DNA of 64,000 nt from Candidatus Latescibacterota bacterium. Lineage in GTDB: Bacteria; Latescibacterota; UBA2968; SICM01. The stretch's first letter is position 1, and each line of letters opens with the position of its first letter. The notes beneath the pieces are model-generated. The model was not told the origin of the DNA. It made no database searches and saw only the letters and a list, made by a program, of their open reading frames with translations. Positions 49,895 to 60,094 of this stretch are shown piece after piece. Both the position numbers and the translations under genes were made by a program. The stretch covers positions 4,288,001-4,352,000 of the forward strand of contig CBDCJO010000002.1 of assembly GCA_965217865.1 (NCBI GenBank), given 5' to 3'.

Positions 49895-50869
49895 TCACGC
49901 TGAAGTGGCGCACAGGATGCGCCAGATGCCATCCTCGCCGCTGGCCTCATAGAACATCTTGTAACGTTCGTCCCTAAGGCGCGCGATGCATGGCTCCGAG
50001 CACTTGATGCGATCCCAACGGCCTCCGAAGACGATGTTGGGCTCCCGGTCCTTGGTCCAGTCCAGTCCATTTTCAGATACCGCGCTGAAGATTCGACCGC
50101 GGACGGGGTCCGAACTCCACCCTGCATAGTAGATACGATAGGTTCCGTCACCCAGGCGCAAGACCTCGGGGGCGTAGACTGAATAGGACTCCAGATCGCT
50201 TTCCTGGGCGATTCGCACTCCGCCCTCTCGCTCGAAATGAAGGCCATCTTCCGAGATGGCACTGATGATGTGATTGCTGGAGGAGACCCCGGGCTTCATG
50301 GGGAACGAGTAACTGTGAAAATAGAGGCGGTATTGAAAGCTTCGATCATCCGACATTGAATCAAGATACACGCAACGCGGTGATCCATAGGCATTCACCC
50401 CGTCTCCATATCGCACACCACCCTCAGGTTCCCAGACAAGCCCATCCTCCGATATCGCACTAAGGACTGCACTTGGACCGTTGAAGGGTTGCCCCTCGAA
50501 GTACATCCGTAGGCCACCCCCTGGCAGCGGAACTACATCAGGGCAAACGACCCTTAGGCCCGCGTGAGGCGGATGGGGTTCAAGGCGAAATCCCGGCTCT
50601 TGTTCCCATACATCCCCGTCGTCTGAATAAGCGCTCAAGATGCGGCCAGGGGAATCTCCGTAGTCCATTCCGGGTCCGGACTCTGTGTAGTAGATTCTGA
50701 ATCCGCCACCCGATCGTTCGACGACGTTAGGGGTTATGATTCTCCACATTCCTGAAGGCTCTCGGACGTCGATCACGATATCCGGATTCTTCAACCACTT
50801 GGTGCCGGGATCCATAGGCTGGTAATGAACGGATTTCCAGCCGATGAAGTTTTTGGGAGGGCAAGCCAT
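49895..50869 (-). CDS. Five-bladed beta-propeller (GH32/GH43-like) protein
   Basis: Repeated SAxSxDGxxW motifs and (Y/L)RxYx strands. Confidence 0.7.
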   Translation of the reverse strand: MACPPKNFIGWKSVHYQPMDPGTKWLKNPDIVIDVREPSGMWRIITPNVVERSGGGFRIYYTESGPGMDYGDSPGRILSAYSDDGDVWEQEPGFRLEPHPPHAGLRVVCPDVVPLPGGGLRMYFEGQPFNGPSAVLSAISEDGLVWEPEGGVRYGDGVNAYGSPRCVYLDSMSDDRSFQYRLYFHSYSFPMKPGVSSSNHIISAISEDGLHFEREGGVRIAQESDLESYSVYAPEVLRLGDGTYRIYYAGWSSDPVRGRIFSAVSENGLDWTKDREPNIVFGGRWDRIKCSEPCIARLRDERYKMFYEASGEDGIWRILCATSA

Positions 50870-51243
50870 AACAGTTTGAGTACTTCTAATAGGCCCTCGA
50901 CGTCTGGTGACGTGTAAAAGAATTAGCCTTGACGAAGGCCTCGATAGGTAATGGGATAGTCCCTTAGATTTGTGGGACCCGACTCCAGTCGGGGAATAAG
51001 GGCATCAACCAAAGGAAAGTCCATTGTTGAATGGATCCTGGCCCTACAGAGCCAAGTTCCCGGTCTGGAGACCGGTCCCACAACTTGTGGCCATATAAGG
51101 CCAAGGGGTTTTGGGGCTGAGCGTAGTGAGCCTTTGAATTATGACACTCAACCGATCTTCCCCTCTCCCGGCACCCGGGAGAGGGGTGGCCGAGCTTGCG
51201 AGGTGGGGTGAGGGAGCACGACGGCGTTCCATAGCGATGTGGT

Positions 51244-52317
51244 TCACTCCTTTTCGCTAAACGCCTTCTTGATCGATGACATTCTCCCCTCCTTCAAGGC
51301 ATGTCCCAGACTGAAGACGATTACGCCGGTGGATCCTCTGGCTTCGACCGCTGTTTTCAAAGCCGTGTCGAACTCCGCTTCGGATAGACTGTCAGGTTCG
51401 TTCACGGCCTGGATCACAGGCCATATCGGACGTCCAGTCGTCCCGGAGAGGTCCGCGGTGACCTCCTCGATCCAGGCCACGCTCCGGTCGCACATCCTGT
51501 GATACAGCATCGGAGAGAAGACGTCCACAAAGCGGGATAGGGCTTCATAGTCCTGTCCGATGATTCGTGTGATTGCCCCGTCATAATCATCCCTCCACGG
51601 CACCCCAAAGAGGCCTAGGATTTTATCCTCTCCGAAGTCCTTGACAACATTCCGTGCGTCTTCCACAAATGTCGTGATCTGGTCGCACTTGAAGGCCGTC
51701 CAATCGTCGGGGTGGTTCGACAGAATCCAATCCGCGATTTCCTCCGGTTTGGAAAGCGCAAAGGGGATGCGGATGCCGGTTGACGACTGAAACTTTGATA
51801 CGGTGATCGGGTCGAACGAAGTCTGTTCGATCCTTGGGCGGTGTTCCTCCCAATGACACGGCCAGCGGATGAAGTCGAGCCAGATCCCGTCTAGATCGTG
51901 ATTCGCCATGAGATCACGGATCGCCTTCAACCTTTCAGAACGAACCGCATCGATCGTGGGGGTTACCCCCGCATACCATTTGTCTTTCAGAATGTTAGAT
52001 CCCAATGAAGTGATGGGTCGGCTCTCCGGATATCGCTTCCAGTTCCGTTCGCCGACGAAGATTCCGATCTCCGCGAAGACTTTCATCCCCGCTCGATGGG
52101 CGGCCTTCACGAAATCGGGGTCCTCGTGTCCGCCGAAGATGATGTTCGAGCCCCAACTCTTCAGGATCTCTACGCTTTCTTCGGAGGACTTTCCCTTGAA
52201 TTGAGGAAGTGATTTCGAAAATCCATAAATCGAGCGTGCGCGTTCGGGAATGTCCATGCCGGCAGGAATCCTGGGTAAGATCAGGATGAGAATAATCAGG
52301 AGAGCGATCGCGTTCAT
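51244..52317 (-). CDS. Secreted glycoside-hydrolase-like TIM barrel (GHL10/DUF187-like)
   Basis: Signal peptide; LDGIWLDFIRWP, IGQDY, VFSPMLYH. Confidence 0.7.
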   Translation of the reverse strand: MNAIALLIILILILPRIPAGMDIPERARSIYGFSKSLPQFKGKSSEESVEILKSWGSNIIFGGHEDPDFVKAAHRAGMKVFAEIGIFVGERNWKRYPESRPITSLGSNILKDKWYAGVTPTIDAVRSERLKAIRDLMANHDLDGIWLDFIRWPCHWEEHRPRIEQTSFDPITVSKFQSSTGIRIPFALSKPEEIADWILSNHPDDWTAFKCDQITTFVEDARNVVKDFGEDKILGLFGVPWRDDYDGAITRIIGQDYEALSRFVDVFSPMLYHRMCDRSVAWIEEVTADLSGTTGRPIWPVIQAVNEPDSLSEAEFDTALKTAVEARGSTGVIVFSLGHALKEGRMSSIKKAFSEKE

Positions 52318-52407
52318 GGAAATGCAAAATTCAAAATGGAAAAAGAAATGAAAAAAAATGTCTGCTAACATCCCTATCTACAGGATCAAGACCTTCCTGG
52401 TTTTTGG

Positions 52408-52698
52408 TGGAAAGCGAGATTCTGTGAGGCGACGCATCAGCGGGCCAACGGCCCGTGATTCCTTGGCCCAGCCCAACGGGCTGGGTTTGAATGTGGGCGA
52501 GTCGAGCGGGCCAATGGTCCGCGATCCGGATCAATCCCACCCAACCCGTAGAATGAACTAGGATGTGGGACAGAGATTGGGGGATGTGAAGCTATCGCGG
52601 CCTTTCAGGCCGCACGAAGCTCTTGTATTCTACACCGAGGGGGATGCCCTGGGTTGAGGGATAACGCGCCGTTGGCGCTGAAAAGAAGACGCTGACTT
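52408..52698 (+). repeat. REP/MITE-like family B, longest copy
   Basis: Homologous to 34044-34298 and to 18263-18378 (inverted). Confidence 0.85.
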
Positions 52699-52754
52699 CT
52701 GACATCCTTCCCCTGAAAGAGGCACCAAGTGCAAGGCTGATTCTGTAACAAGAT

Positions 52755-54149
52755 CTAGAGATTGGAAGATTCGCCCAACTCGAAGGCGGGCGGACCCGGC
52801 CGGGTTAGAAAAAAGGAAGCCCGGGCCGTTTCACCAGGGTGAAGATCCGCATATTTCTGAGACCACCTTTCCAAGAAGGTCGCTTTGTCAGCGTTTTCCA
52901 CCATTGCCCACACACTACCCCCGAACCCGGCTCCAAAAGCGGAAGCCGCAACGGCCCCGCATTCCCGCGCTGTACGGGCAAGCGCAACGGTCTGAGGCAC
53001 CTGATTGCACAAAAGGGTTTCTGTCAATTCCTGGGAGCGATCGACCAACCGGCCAAAGCGGTCCATATCCCCCGCGTTCAAGGCGTCTCCCGCCGGCCCG
53101 ATTATTTCTTCGTTCTCGGCGATGAAGTGATCGAGGCGCTGGATCAGGTCCTCGGAGCTGTGGGGCCCGTCCGAAACCTCCTCGAGAATCTGACGCAGAT
53201 TAACGAGCGCGCCGGGACCGCTTGATATGATGTCGGCCAGATAGATGTCTTCTCTCCCGGTTTTTTGCCTCCAGGCCTCGACGACGGCCGAAACCTTTGA
53301 CGATGCCCGGTTGTAGTGTTCCAGGGCAGCTCCGGTCTTTTCGGCCACCACTCCGCTGACCCCGACAGCGAAGACATAACCCGCCGGCATCTCGATGTAG
53401 CGTTCCAGCCGGGTGGGACAATATGCGAACTGTCCCAATCTACCCGACTCAGAACAGAGGATCGCGGTGTGGTCCTCGCTCCCCCCGAAAGTCCCCACGC
53501 CTCTGTCTCCTTCCAGATCCGCGAAGCTCTGACCGTTTTCGATGGTGCCCAGATAAGCGGCTAATGAGAGGAGATCGGATATATTTCTTCTGTAGGATTT
53601 ATCGACACTCAGGTCGTTGACACCGGCCAGGACCAGATAGGCAGCCACGATCAACGCGCTTGAGCTGCTCATACCCGTAGCGGGCGGAAGATCGCTCATA
53701 AAAGCAATATCCGCCCCACGACGACACGCCGGGAAATTTCTGGCCAGACGCCTTGCGACCGTCATGGGGTAGTTGGACCAGTGTCCCCGGGGGACCACGA
53801 GCTCGGGATCGAGTGAGAAACTCGCCCTTTCTCCTGTGTCCGCGGCAACGACATTGACGGATGAATCGGTCCTCGGAACCGCGACAAGACAGAATCCCTG
53901 TTCGACTGCGGTGACGATGCTGCGGCCGCCCCCATAATCCGTGTGTTTGCCGAGCACCTCGATTCGTCCAGGGATTAGAAATGCCCGAACTCCTGTTCTT
54001 TGACCATGTCCGAACTGGGCCAATCCCTTTGCCGCTTCTCCCAGGAAAGGGGCCTTGGCGGTTGCGGTCTCGGGGTGCAAACCGCCGCTCTGGAGAACCC
54101 CTTTCAGATTCTCTGCGTCTTCCATTTCTTTAAAAGTCAAATCGCTCAC
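52755..54149 (-). CDS. Galactokinase-like GHMP kinase
   Basis: PGRIEVLGKHTDY, GMSSSSA, GAGFGG. Confidence 0.88.
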   Translation of the reverse strand: MSDLTFKEMEDAENLKGVLQSGGLHPETATAKAPFLGEAAKGLAQFGHGQRTGVRAFLIPGRIEVLGKHTDYGGGRSIVTAVEQGFCLVAVPRTDSSVNVVAADTGERASFSLDPELVVPRGHWSNYPMTVARRLARNFPACRRGADIAFMSDLPPATGMSSSSALIVAAYLVLAGVNDLSVDKSYRRNISDLLSLAAYLGTIENGQSFADLEGDRGVGTFGGSEDHTAILCSESGRLGQFAYCPTRLERYIEMPAGYVFAVGVSGVVAEKTGAALEHYNRASSKVSAVVEAWRQKTGREDIYLADIISSGPGALVNLRQILEEVSDGPHSSEDLIQRLDHFIAENEEIIGPAGDALNAGDMDRFGRLVDRSQELTETLLCNQVPQTVALARTARECGAVAASAFGAGFGGSVWAMVENADKATFLERWSQKYADLHPGETARASFFLTRPGPPAFELGESSNL

Positions 54150-54955
54150 AGATGAACCTCCGAACCGGACAAACGCTCGGTAACAGGCCCGATATCCTCA
54201 CGGTAGGACAGATCAAGTACCGCAGCCCGGGTGGGCAACACCCTGAATTTTTGATTAAGTCGGACGATGGCGTACTGAACCGCATCTGGAATCTCCAGCT
54301 CTCCCCTGAACGACGGAGAGATTGCACGGCAGGCGGGGAAGATTTCGCTGTGGAAACGCCAACAGTTCATACTCAAAGTTATGGGACCCGGCCAGTTCTT
54401 GAGGACTTCGGGTTCGGGCTTTTCCACGATGCCTTTCAGGTATCCGCACCCATCCATATCCACGACGGCGAACTGGGACAGCCGCTGGGACGGGATATTG
54501 CTTTGGGCGAGCATGATATCGCGATCAAAACCCGCCAGGCCGGGTCCGTCCAGGTCGCGAAGGGCCTTCAGAGCCTCCAAAGGGTAGTGGTTGTCGGAGT
54601 TGATCATCAGGAAGGGTTCCCCGGAGACAAAGTCCTGGGCAGCGACCACAGCATCCGCAGTTCCGCGCGGTTCATTCTGGACGGCAAAGCCGATCTCCAG
54701 ACGTTTTGGTTTGATCTTTTTGCCATAGTAATCCCGGATGTCGTCGTGCTCCGGACCTATGACAAGGCAGACTTGTCGATAACCGGCGTCGGCCAGGGTG
54801 CTGAGGACATAGTCCAGGAAGGGTCGTTCTATGGGAATAAGCGCTTTGACTCCGGTTTCCGCCACTTCGTGCTGTTTCCCAGACAGTTTAACCCCGTCGG
54901 CTTTCCTGCGCATACGGGTTCCCAATCCACGCGCGAGGACAACGACTTTGTCCAT
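54146..54955 (-). CDS. Sugar-1-phosphate nucleotidyltransferase
   Basis: VLARGLGTRMR, PRGTADAV, IVEKP, RGELEI. Confidence 0.88.
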   Translation of the reverse strand: MDKVVVLARGLGTRMRRKADGVKLSGKQHEVAETGVKALIPIERPFLDYVLSTLADAGYRQVCLVIGPEHDDIRDYYGKKIKPKRLEIGFAVQNEPRGTADAVVAAQDFVSGEPFLMINSDNHYPLEALKALRDLDGPGLAGFDRDIMLAQSNIPSQRLSQFAVVDMDGCGYLKGIVEKPEPEVLKNWPGPITLSMNCWRFHSEIFPACRAISPSFRGELEIPDAVQYAIVRLNQKFRVLPTRAAVLDLSYREDIGPVTERLSGSEVHL

Positions 54956-55154
54956 AGTATCAACTCCCGTTTTAATGGCCGTTCGAGAAAGTCCCCCGTC
55001 CACAGGGATTGAGTGAAAGATATGCATCCATAGGGATGCAGGCAAGTCTCGGGATGACATTTTTGTGTCTTCGTGTTATATTTAAAGACAGTCCCAGATT
55101 TTGGTTCCAAGGTGAAGGCAATGGCATGGATATGGCTGTGGAGGGAAATAAGAT

Positions 55155-57260
55155 ATGAAAACAGGCGAATGGTTTGAGTCCGCGGTGGCTGAAGATCCGG
55201 GGTATCGAGAAGCGATCGCCAGCACATTGCTTTCTCGCCGAAAGAAGCCGGCATCTTTGGAGCAGGAGGGGCCGGGTCATGTTGTGGAATTCCTGAAAGG
55301 GGGGAAGCACAAATGTGGGGTTCTGTTGACGAAGAAAGCCCACTTGCGTCACCTGCACCGGATTCTGGACATGGACGATAAGGAGAACTTTTTACATTCC
55401 TCAAAGATCATCGACATCTCGTCCGCGTTCATCGGCACCCGACTTCCGAGGCCCGAGATCGTAAACTCGCTCCGGGCAATTGACCGTGAACGCGACCGAC
55501 TAAAAACAGCGATAAACGTGAATGAGCTATGGGAAGTCGTCCAGCCGGAAGGGGAGGAGTGGTCGCTGGAGGATCTGGCGAATCTTTACTTCGCTCAAGA
55601 TCCGGGGCGCCACGGTACCGCCGCGCTTTTCCGGGCGTTGGAGGATCATTCCATATTCGAGAGGCACGGAAAAATATTTGTACCCCTCCAGCCGGATGAG
55701 GTCGCAGAGCGCAGAGCGACCGATGAACGCGCTGCTCAAGCCGACTTATTTTTTCATCACGCCGCGAGATGGTTGAGGGATGCGGCCAAGACAAGGGTGG
55801 AAGCAGGGTTTCCTCCTCAAGAAGCGGACCGCGCGGTTGCGCTCCTCGCGGCCAAGGTCCTGTTCGGGACTCAACACCGCCACGCCGAACAGGCAAACGA
55901 ATTGGCCAGGCTTGCCCACTTCCACACAAGGGAAGCGATCTTCAATGCGCTGGTTAAAATAGGCCACTGGAAGGCGGATGAGAACCTTGACCTCATTCGT
56001 CACGATATCCCGACTGAGTTCGAGCAAGGGGTATTCACCGAGGCTGGGGAAGCGCAGCGGTCTCAACCTCGAAAGAGGGTGCCTCGCCTGTGGCTGAGGA
56101 GGGTCTACTCTTTTTCCGGTCCCAATGGCCGGCACGAGCGTGCTATCAGTATCAGGCATGGCTTGTTCGGTTTCACCGTAGGCCTCCACCTGGCTTCTCC
56201 GGCATTCCTCCTGCACGGTGAAGGGTTGGTTCAACAAGCCGCAGAGGACCGTGGCACCGGGCTTCACCTTCCGGACCGGTTCATTCCGATGCTGCCTGGA
56301 CCGATTTGCGAGAAGGCCGCACTATCAGAGAACGAACTCAATCCGACTCTTTCGATCCAACTTCGATTCGACTCCGATTTCAACCTGAAAAAGTATTGCT
56401 TTGAAATCCGCCGTGCGCGGGTGACATCTCCGGTCACTGTTGAAGAGGCAAACATAAGGGGGGAGAAGGATCCGGGTCTGCGGAAGCTTCTGAACCTGGC
56501 GAGGCATCTTAGGGGAAAGCGAGTTGCTGCAGGGGCGATTATCGTCGATGAACCCAGGGTGGAGGCTCGTGTCAAGAATGACGAAATTAGGCTGCGCCGT
56601 ACCGATCCGAATTCCCCCGCACTGCTGATCGAACAGGAATTCTCCATCCTGGCCAACACATTGGCGGGACAATGGTTCAAGGAGAAAGGCCTGCCGGCCA
56701 TTTATCGGACGGAGGACCCTCCCGCCGAAGTGTTCGTCGGTGCAAGAGGTTATGATCCCGTGGCTGCCCATCATCAGAAGAAATTTATGCCGAAGGCCAT
56801 CCTCCAAACCCATCCGGGGCCGCATCACGGTCTTGGCTCGGAGGTTTATGCGCCGATCACAAGACCGTTTATGAGATATACCGATCTATTGATGCACCAA
56901 CAACTTGTGGGATTCCTTGAAGGCGGCGGCGCAGTGTTCTCAAACGCCGACTTGAGGGAAGCCCTATTACGCACGGCATCCGCGCGGATGACCGCGAGGA
57001 AAATTGAAAACGCTTCAAACCGTTATTGGATCCTCCGGTATCTTGACAGCAGGATTGGGGCGGCATTGGACGCAGTCGTCCTGGAGCGGATTGGAAGCGG
57101 ATGCCTGGTGGAACTGAACGAAACCCGCATGAGCGGGATCTGCCCCGGGGGGATTGGGACGATATTAGAGACCGGGGACGGAGTTCAGGTACGGCTTGTG
57201 AAAGTATCCGCCCGGGCTGATGTCATCCGGTTACAGCTCATCGAAAAAGTGAAACGGTAA
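55155..57260 (+). CDS. RNB-domain (RNase II/R-like) protein
   Basis: RGTGLHLP..IPMLP, HHGLG..YAPITRPFMRYTDLLMHQQL, C-terminal S1-like region. Confidence 0.85.
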   Translation: MKTGEWFESAVAEDPGYREAIASTLLSRRKKPASLEQEGPGHVVEFLKGGKHKCGVLLTKKAHLRHLHRILDMDDKENFLHSSKIIDISSAFIGTRLPRPEIVNSLRAIDRERDRLKTAINVNELWEVVQPEGEEWSLEDLANLYFAQDPGRHGTAALFRALEDHSIFERHGKIFVPLQPDEVAERRATDERAAQADLFFHHAARWLRDAAKTRVEAGFPPQEADRAVALLAAKVLFGTQHRHAEQANELARLAHFHTREAIFNALVKIGHWKADENLDLIRHDIPTEFEQGVFTEAGEAQRSQPRKRVPRLWLRRVYSFSGPNGRHERAISIRHGLFGFTVGLHLASPAFLLHGEGLVQQAAEDRGTGLHLPDRFIPMLPGPICEKAALSENELNPTLSIQLRFDSDFNLKKYCFEIRRARVTSPVTVEEANIRGEKDPGLRKLLNLARHLRGKRVAAGAIIVDEPRVEARVKNDEIRLRRTDPNSPALLIEQEFSILANTLAGQWFKEKGLPAIYRTEDPPAEVFVGARGYDPVAAHHQKKFMPKAILQTHPGPHHGLGSEVYAPITRPFMRYTDLLMHQQLVGFLEGGGAVFSNADLREALLRTASARMTARKIENASNRYWILRYLDSRIGAALDAVVLERIGSGCLVELNETRMSGICPGGIGTILETGDGVQVRLVKVSARADVIRLQLIEKVKR

Positions 57261-57297
57261 GGGAGGGGTCGAGGGAGGGTCACGAGTCGGGAAAGTT

Positions 57298-58182
57298 ATG
57301 TCCGATCCTTTCGAATCCATTCCGGCGAAAGATTGGCCGGATATCGACAGACTGATCGACACCGCACTCGAAGAGGACGTGGGGACGGGAGACGCGACCA
57401 CGCTCTGGGCCGTGCGAGAGAACCAGATGGCGAAGGCCGATCTGATCTCCAGGGGAGAGGCGGTGGGGGCAGGACTCCAGGTCGCCTCCCGGGTTTTCCA
57501 GCGAGTCGATCCACGTACTGTGTTTACCCCACACGTTCAGGACGGGGACGCAGTCGGGATCGATCGTCTCATCGCTGAAGTCTCTGGGCCTGCGAGAGGC
57601 ATCCTTACGGCCGAACGCACGGCCCTTAATTTTCTACAGCGGATGTCAGGGATCGCCACGGCCACTTCCGCGTGCGTCAAGGCGGTGGCTGGCACACGCA
57701 CGAAGATCCTGGATACGAGGAAAACCGCACCGGGATTACGAACCCTGGACAAATACGCCGTGCGGGCTGGAGGTGGGGTAAATCATCGGGTGGGGCTATT
57801 CGACATGGTATTGATCAAGGACAATCACATCGAGGCCGCGGACGGCATCGCTTCCGCGATCCATCGGGTCCGCGCCGGAATGGCCGAGGACAATCGCACC
57901 CTCAAAATCGAGGTGGAGGTCAAGGACCTGGATGAACTTCGCGAAGCCCTGGGTTGTCAGGTGGATCGGGTCATGCTCGACAATGTTGATCCGGATACGA
58001 TCCAGCAGGCTGTTGACTTGGTCCACGATATCCAAGAACGGCCGGAAATAGAGGTTTCCGGCGGGATCACCCTCGATTCCATCGGGATGATCGCCCGGAC
58101 CGGGGTTGACTTCATATCGGTCGGGGCCTTAACTCATTCCGTCCCCGCCCTGGACATCAGCCTTCAGTTCAGATCTCGATGA
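57298..58182 (+). CDS. nadC: Nicotinate-nucleotide diphosphorylase (quinolinate phosphoribosyltransferase)
   Basis: ERTALNF, DTRKTAPG, LIKDNH, SVGALTHS. Confidence 0.97.
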   Translation: MSDPFESIPAKDWPDIDRLIDTALEEDVGTGDATTLWAVRENQMAKADLISRGEAVGAGLQVASRVFQRVDPRTVFTPHVQDGDAVGIDRLIAEVSGPARGILTAERTALNFLQRMSGIATATSACVKAVAGTRTKILDTRKTAPGLRTLDKYAVRAGGGVNHRVGLFDMVLIKDNHIEAADGIASAIHRVRAGMAEDNRTLKIEVEVKDLDELREALGCQVDRVMLDNVDPDTIQQAVDLVHDIQERPEIEVSGGITLDSIGMIARTGVDFISVGALTHSVPALDISLQFRSR

Positions 58183-58979
58183 ACGCTCTTCTCGGGGTCC
58201 TCCGCGACAGCACGGATTATGTTGTCGCGACGGACCTGGCCAGGATGGCGGACATATCCCTGGATGAGTTTCGACACTCACTGGTATCCCTTCGGAAACA
58301 GGGATATGAGGTTGAAGACCATCCCGACCTAGGATATCGTCTCATCGGAACACCGGACGCGATCCTCGCGGAAGAGATCCGATATGGTCTTTGTACAAGA
58401 TCGATCGGCCGGCATCTCCACTGTCAGGAGGTGGTCGGCTCCACAAACGACCTTGCCGGAGACCTTGCGGCAGACGGGGCTCCTGAGGGAACGATCGTCC
58501 TGGCCGAACAACAGACCGCAGGAAGGGGGCGACGGGGTCGGATCTGGCATTCGCCGCCTCTCGTGGGAATCTATCTCTCCTGTATCCTCCGGCCTCCCCT
58601 CGATCCCCCAGCTTTCTGGTTGGTCACGGCCTGCGCCTCGGTGGCGGTTTGTTATGCCATCACCTCGGCTTCAGGCCTGAAGCCTTCGGTCAAAAAACCC
58701 AACGATGTACTCCTGGCCGGTCGCAAAGTGTGCGGCATCCTGACGGAAGCCAGACGAGACACGGTCATTCTGGGTGTCGGGGTGAGTGTCAACCATGTGA
58801 TTGCGGACTTCCCGGAAGAACTGCATCAGGTGGCCACGTCGATCAGGATCGAATCGGGAAGGAAGATCGACCGGATCGGACTGCTGCGGAATATTTTGGA
58901 GGAACTCGATGAAGGATATGATCAGCTTAAAAGAGATGGCGGGAAATCCGCCGCCGAGAAATGGGAGGTGCTTTTCTGA
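58179..58979 (+). CDS. birA: Biotin-protein ligase with N-terminal HTH (C-terminal domain apparently absent)
   Basis: STND, QTAGRGRRGRIW, PND, KVCGILTE. Confidence 0.9.
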   Translation: MNALLGVLRDSTDYVVATDLARMADISLDEFRHSLVSLRKQGYEVEDHPDLGYRLIGTPDAILAEEIRYGLCTRSIGRHLHCQEVVGSTNDLAGDLAADGAPEGTIVLAEQQTAGRGRRGRIWHSPPLVGIYLSCILRPPLDPPAFWLVTACASVAVCYAITSASGLKPSVKKPNDVLLAGRKVCGILTEARRDTVILGVGVSVNHVIADFPEELHQVATSIRIESGRKIDRIGLLRNILEELDEGYDQLKRDGGKSAAEKWEVLF

Positions 58980-58987
58980 AATAAAAA

Positions 58988-59776
58988 ATGGAAAGTGAAA
59001 AAATCGTGATGCTTTTGACCGTAGATATCGGAAACACCAACATCTCTTACGGAATCTTCCAGGACGACAGGCTGGCTGCCCACGGAAAGATTCCCACCGA
59101 ACCGGAACAGTCTCCCCGTTTCTACTCGGAGGCCTTTTGTGAAGTCCTGAAAAGTTCCTCCATCACCCCTTCAGATCTCCAGGGTGCAATCGTCGGGTCG
59201 GTGGTCAAGGACATGGCCGATACACTTCACGAGGCGATCATGGATTTCTCGGGTCTTGAGGCCATCGAGGCGCACGCAAGCGGAGACCTCGGCATCCGCG
59301 TCGATGTCCCGGCGCCCGAGCGAGTCGGCATCGACAGGCTTCTATCTGCCGCTGTTGCTTTCAAGGAGGGTGGAGGGCCCGTCGTGATCGTCGATCTCGG
59401 ATCAGCCCTGACCGTGGATCTGGTGTCAGGTGACGGGGTCTTCATGGGCGGGACGATTTCCCCCGGGCTCCACTCCAGTCTGGATGCCCTCCACCTCAAG
59501 ACAAGCCTCCTTCCCCGCGTCGATCTTTCCCCCCCAAAAAATATACTGGGGGTTGACACTGAAGCGTGCATCCTGTCCGGCGTCGTGTACGGCGTTGCGG
59601 GAACGGTGGAGGGGCTGGTCCGCCGTATCGCGTCGTGTGCTGCGGGTCCATCCCGGACGATTTTGACCGGGGGAGATTCCGCCTTTCTTTCTCCTTATCT
59701 AGACCTCCTGCACGATCTCGATCCCCACCTCCTTCTTCGCGGTTTAAGGCTCACATATCAGCGCAGCCGCCATTAA
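58988..59776 (+). CDS. coaX: Type III pantothenate kinase
   Basis: VDIGNT, VGIDR, VDLGSALT, GGTISPG, LTGGD. Confidence 0.95.
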   Translation: MESEKIVMLLTVDIGNTNISYGIFQDDRLAAHGKIPTEPEQSPRFYSEAFCEVLKSSSITPSDLQGAIVGSVVKDMADTLHEAIMDFSGLEAIEAHASGDLGIRVDVPAPERVGIDRLLSAAVAFKEGGGPVVIVDLGSALTVDLVSGDGVFMGGTISPGLHSSLDALHLKTSLLPRVDLSPPKNILGVDTEACILSGVVYGVAGTVEGLVRRIASCAAGPSRTILTGGDSAFLSPYLDLLHDLDPHLLLRGLRLTYQRSRH

Positions 59777-60094
59777 CACTATCCTGGAAGTCCACATCTT
59801 TTGCAACTTGCGAAAGCACCCGCAAAATTTGCATTTTGCAAAAACTCTATAATTGCTTAATTTAAAGATTAGTAAGTCAATTTAAGAAACTCCCGGATCA
59901 TAAGGGGATTTCTCATTTTGCAAAAATCCGATCTGGGGCAGGCATGTCCATCCGGTCGATGATAAGATATAACATACTGTAATTGAGAAATTTGCAAAGA
60001 ATATAGCCTCAGCTCGTCGGCATCTGGCATACCTGTTGCAATCAGACATGGTGAAATCGTGAGAAACCGAATTTCCAAAAGGGAGGTCTAAACC

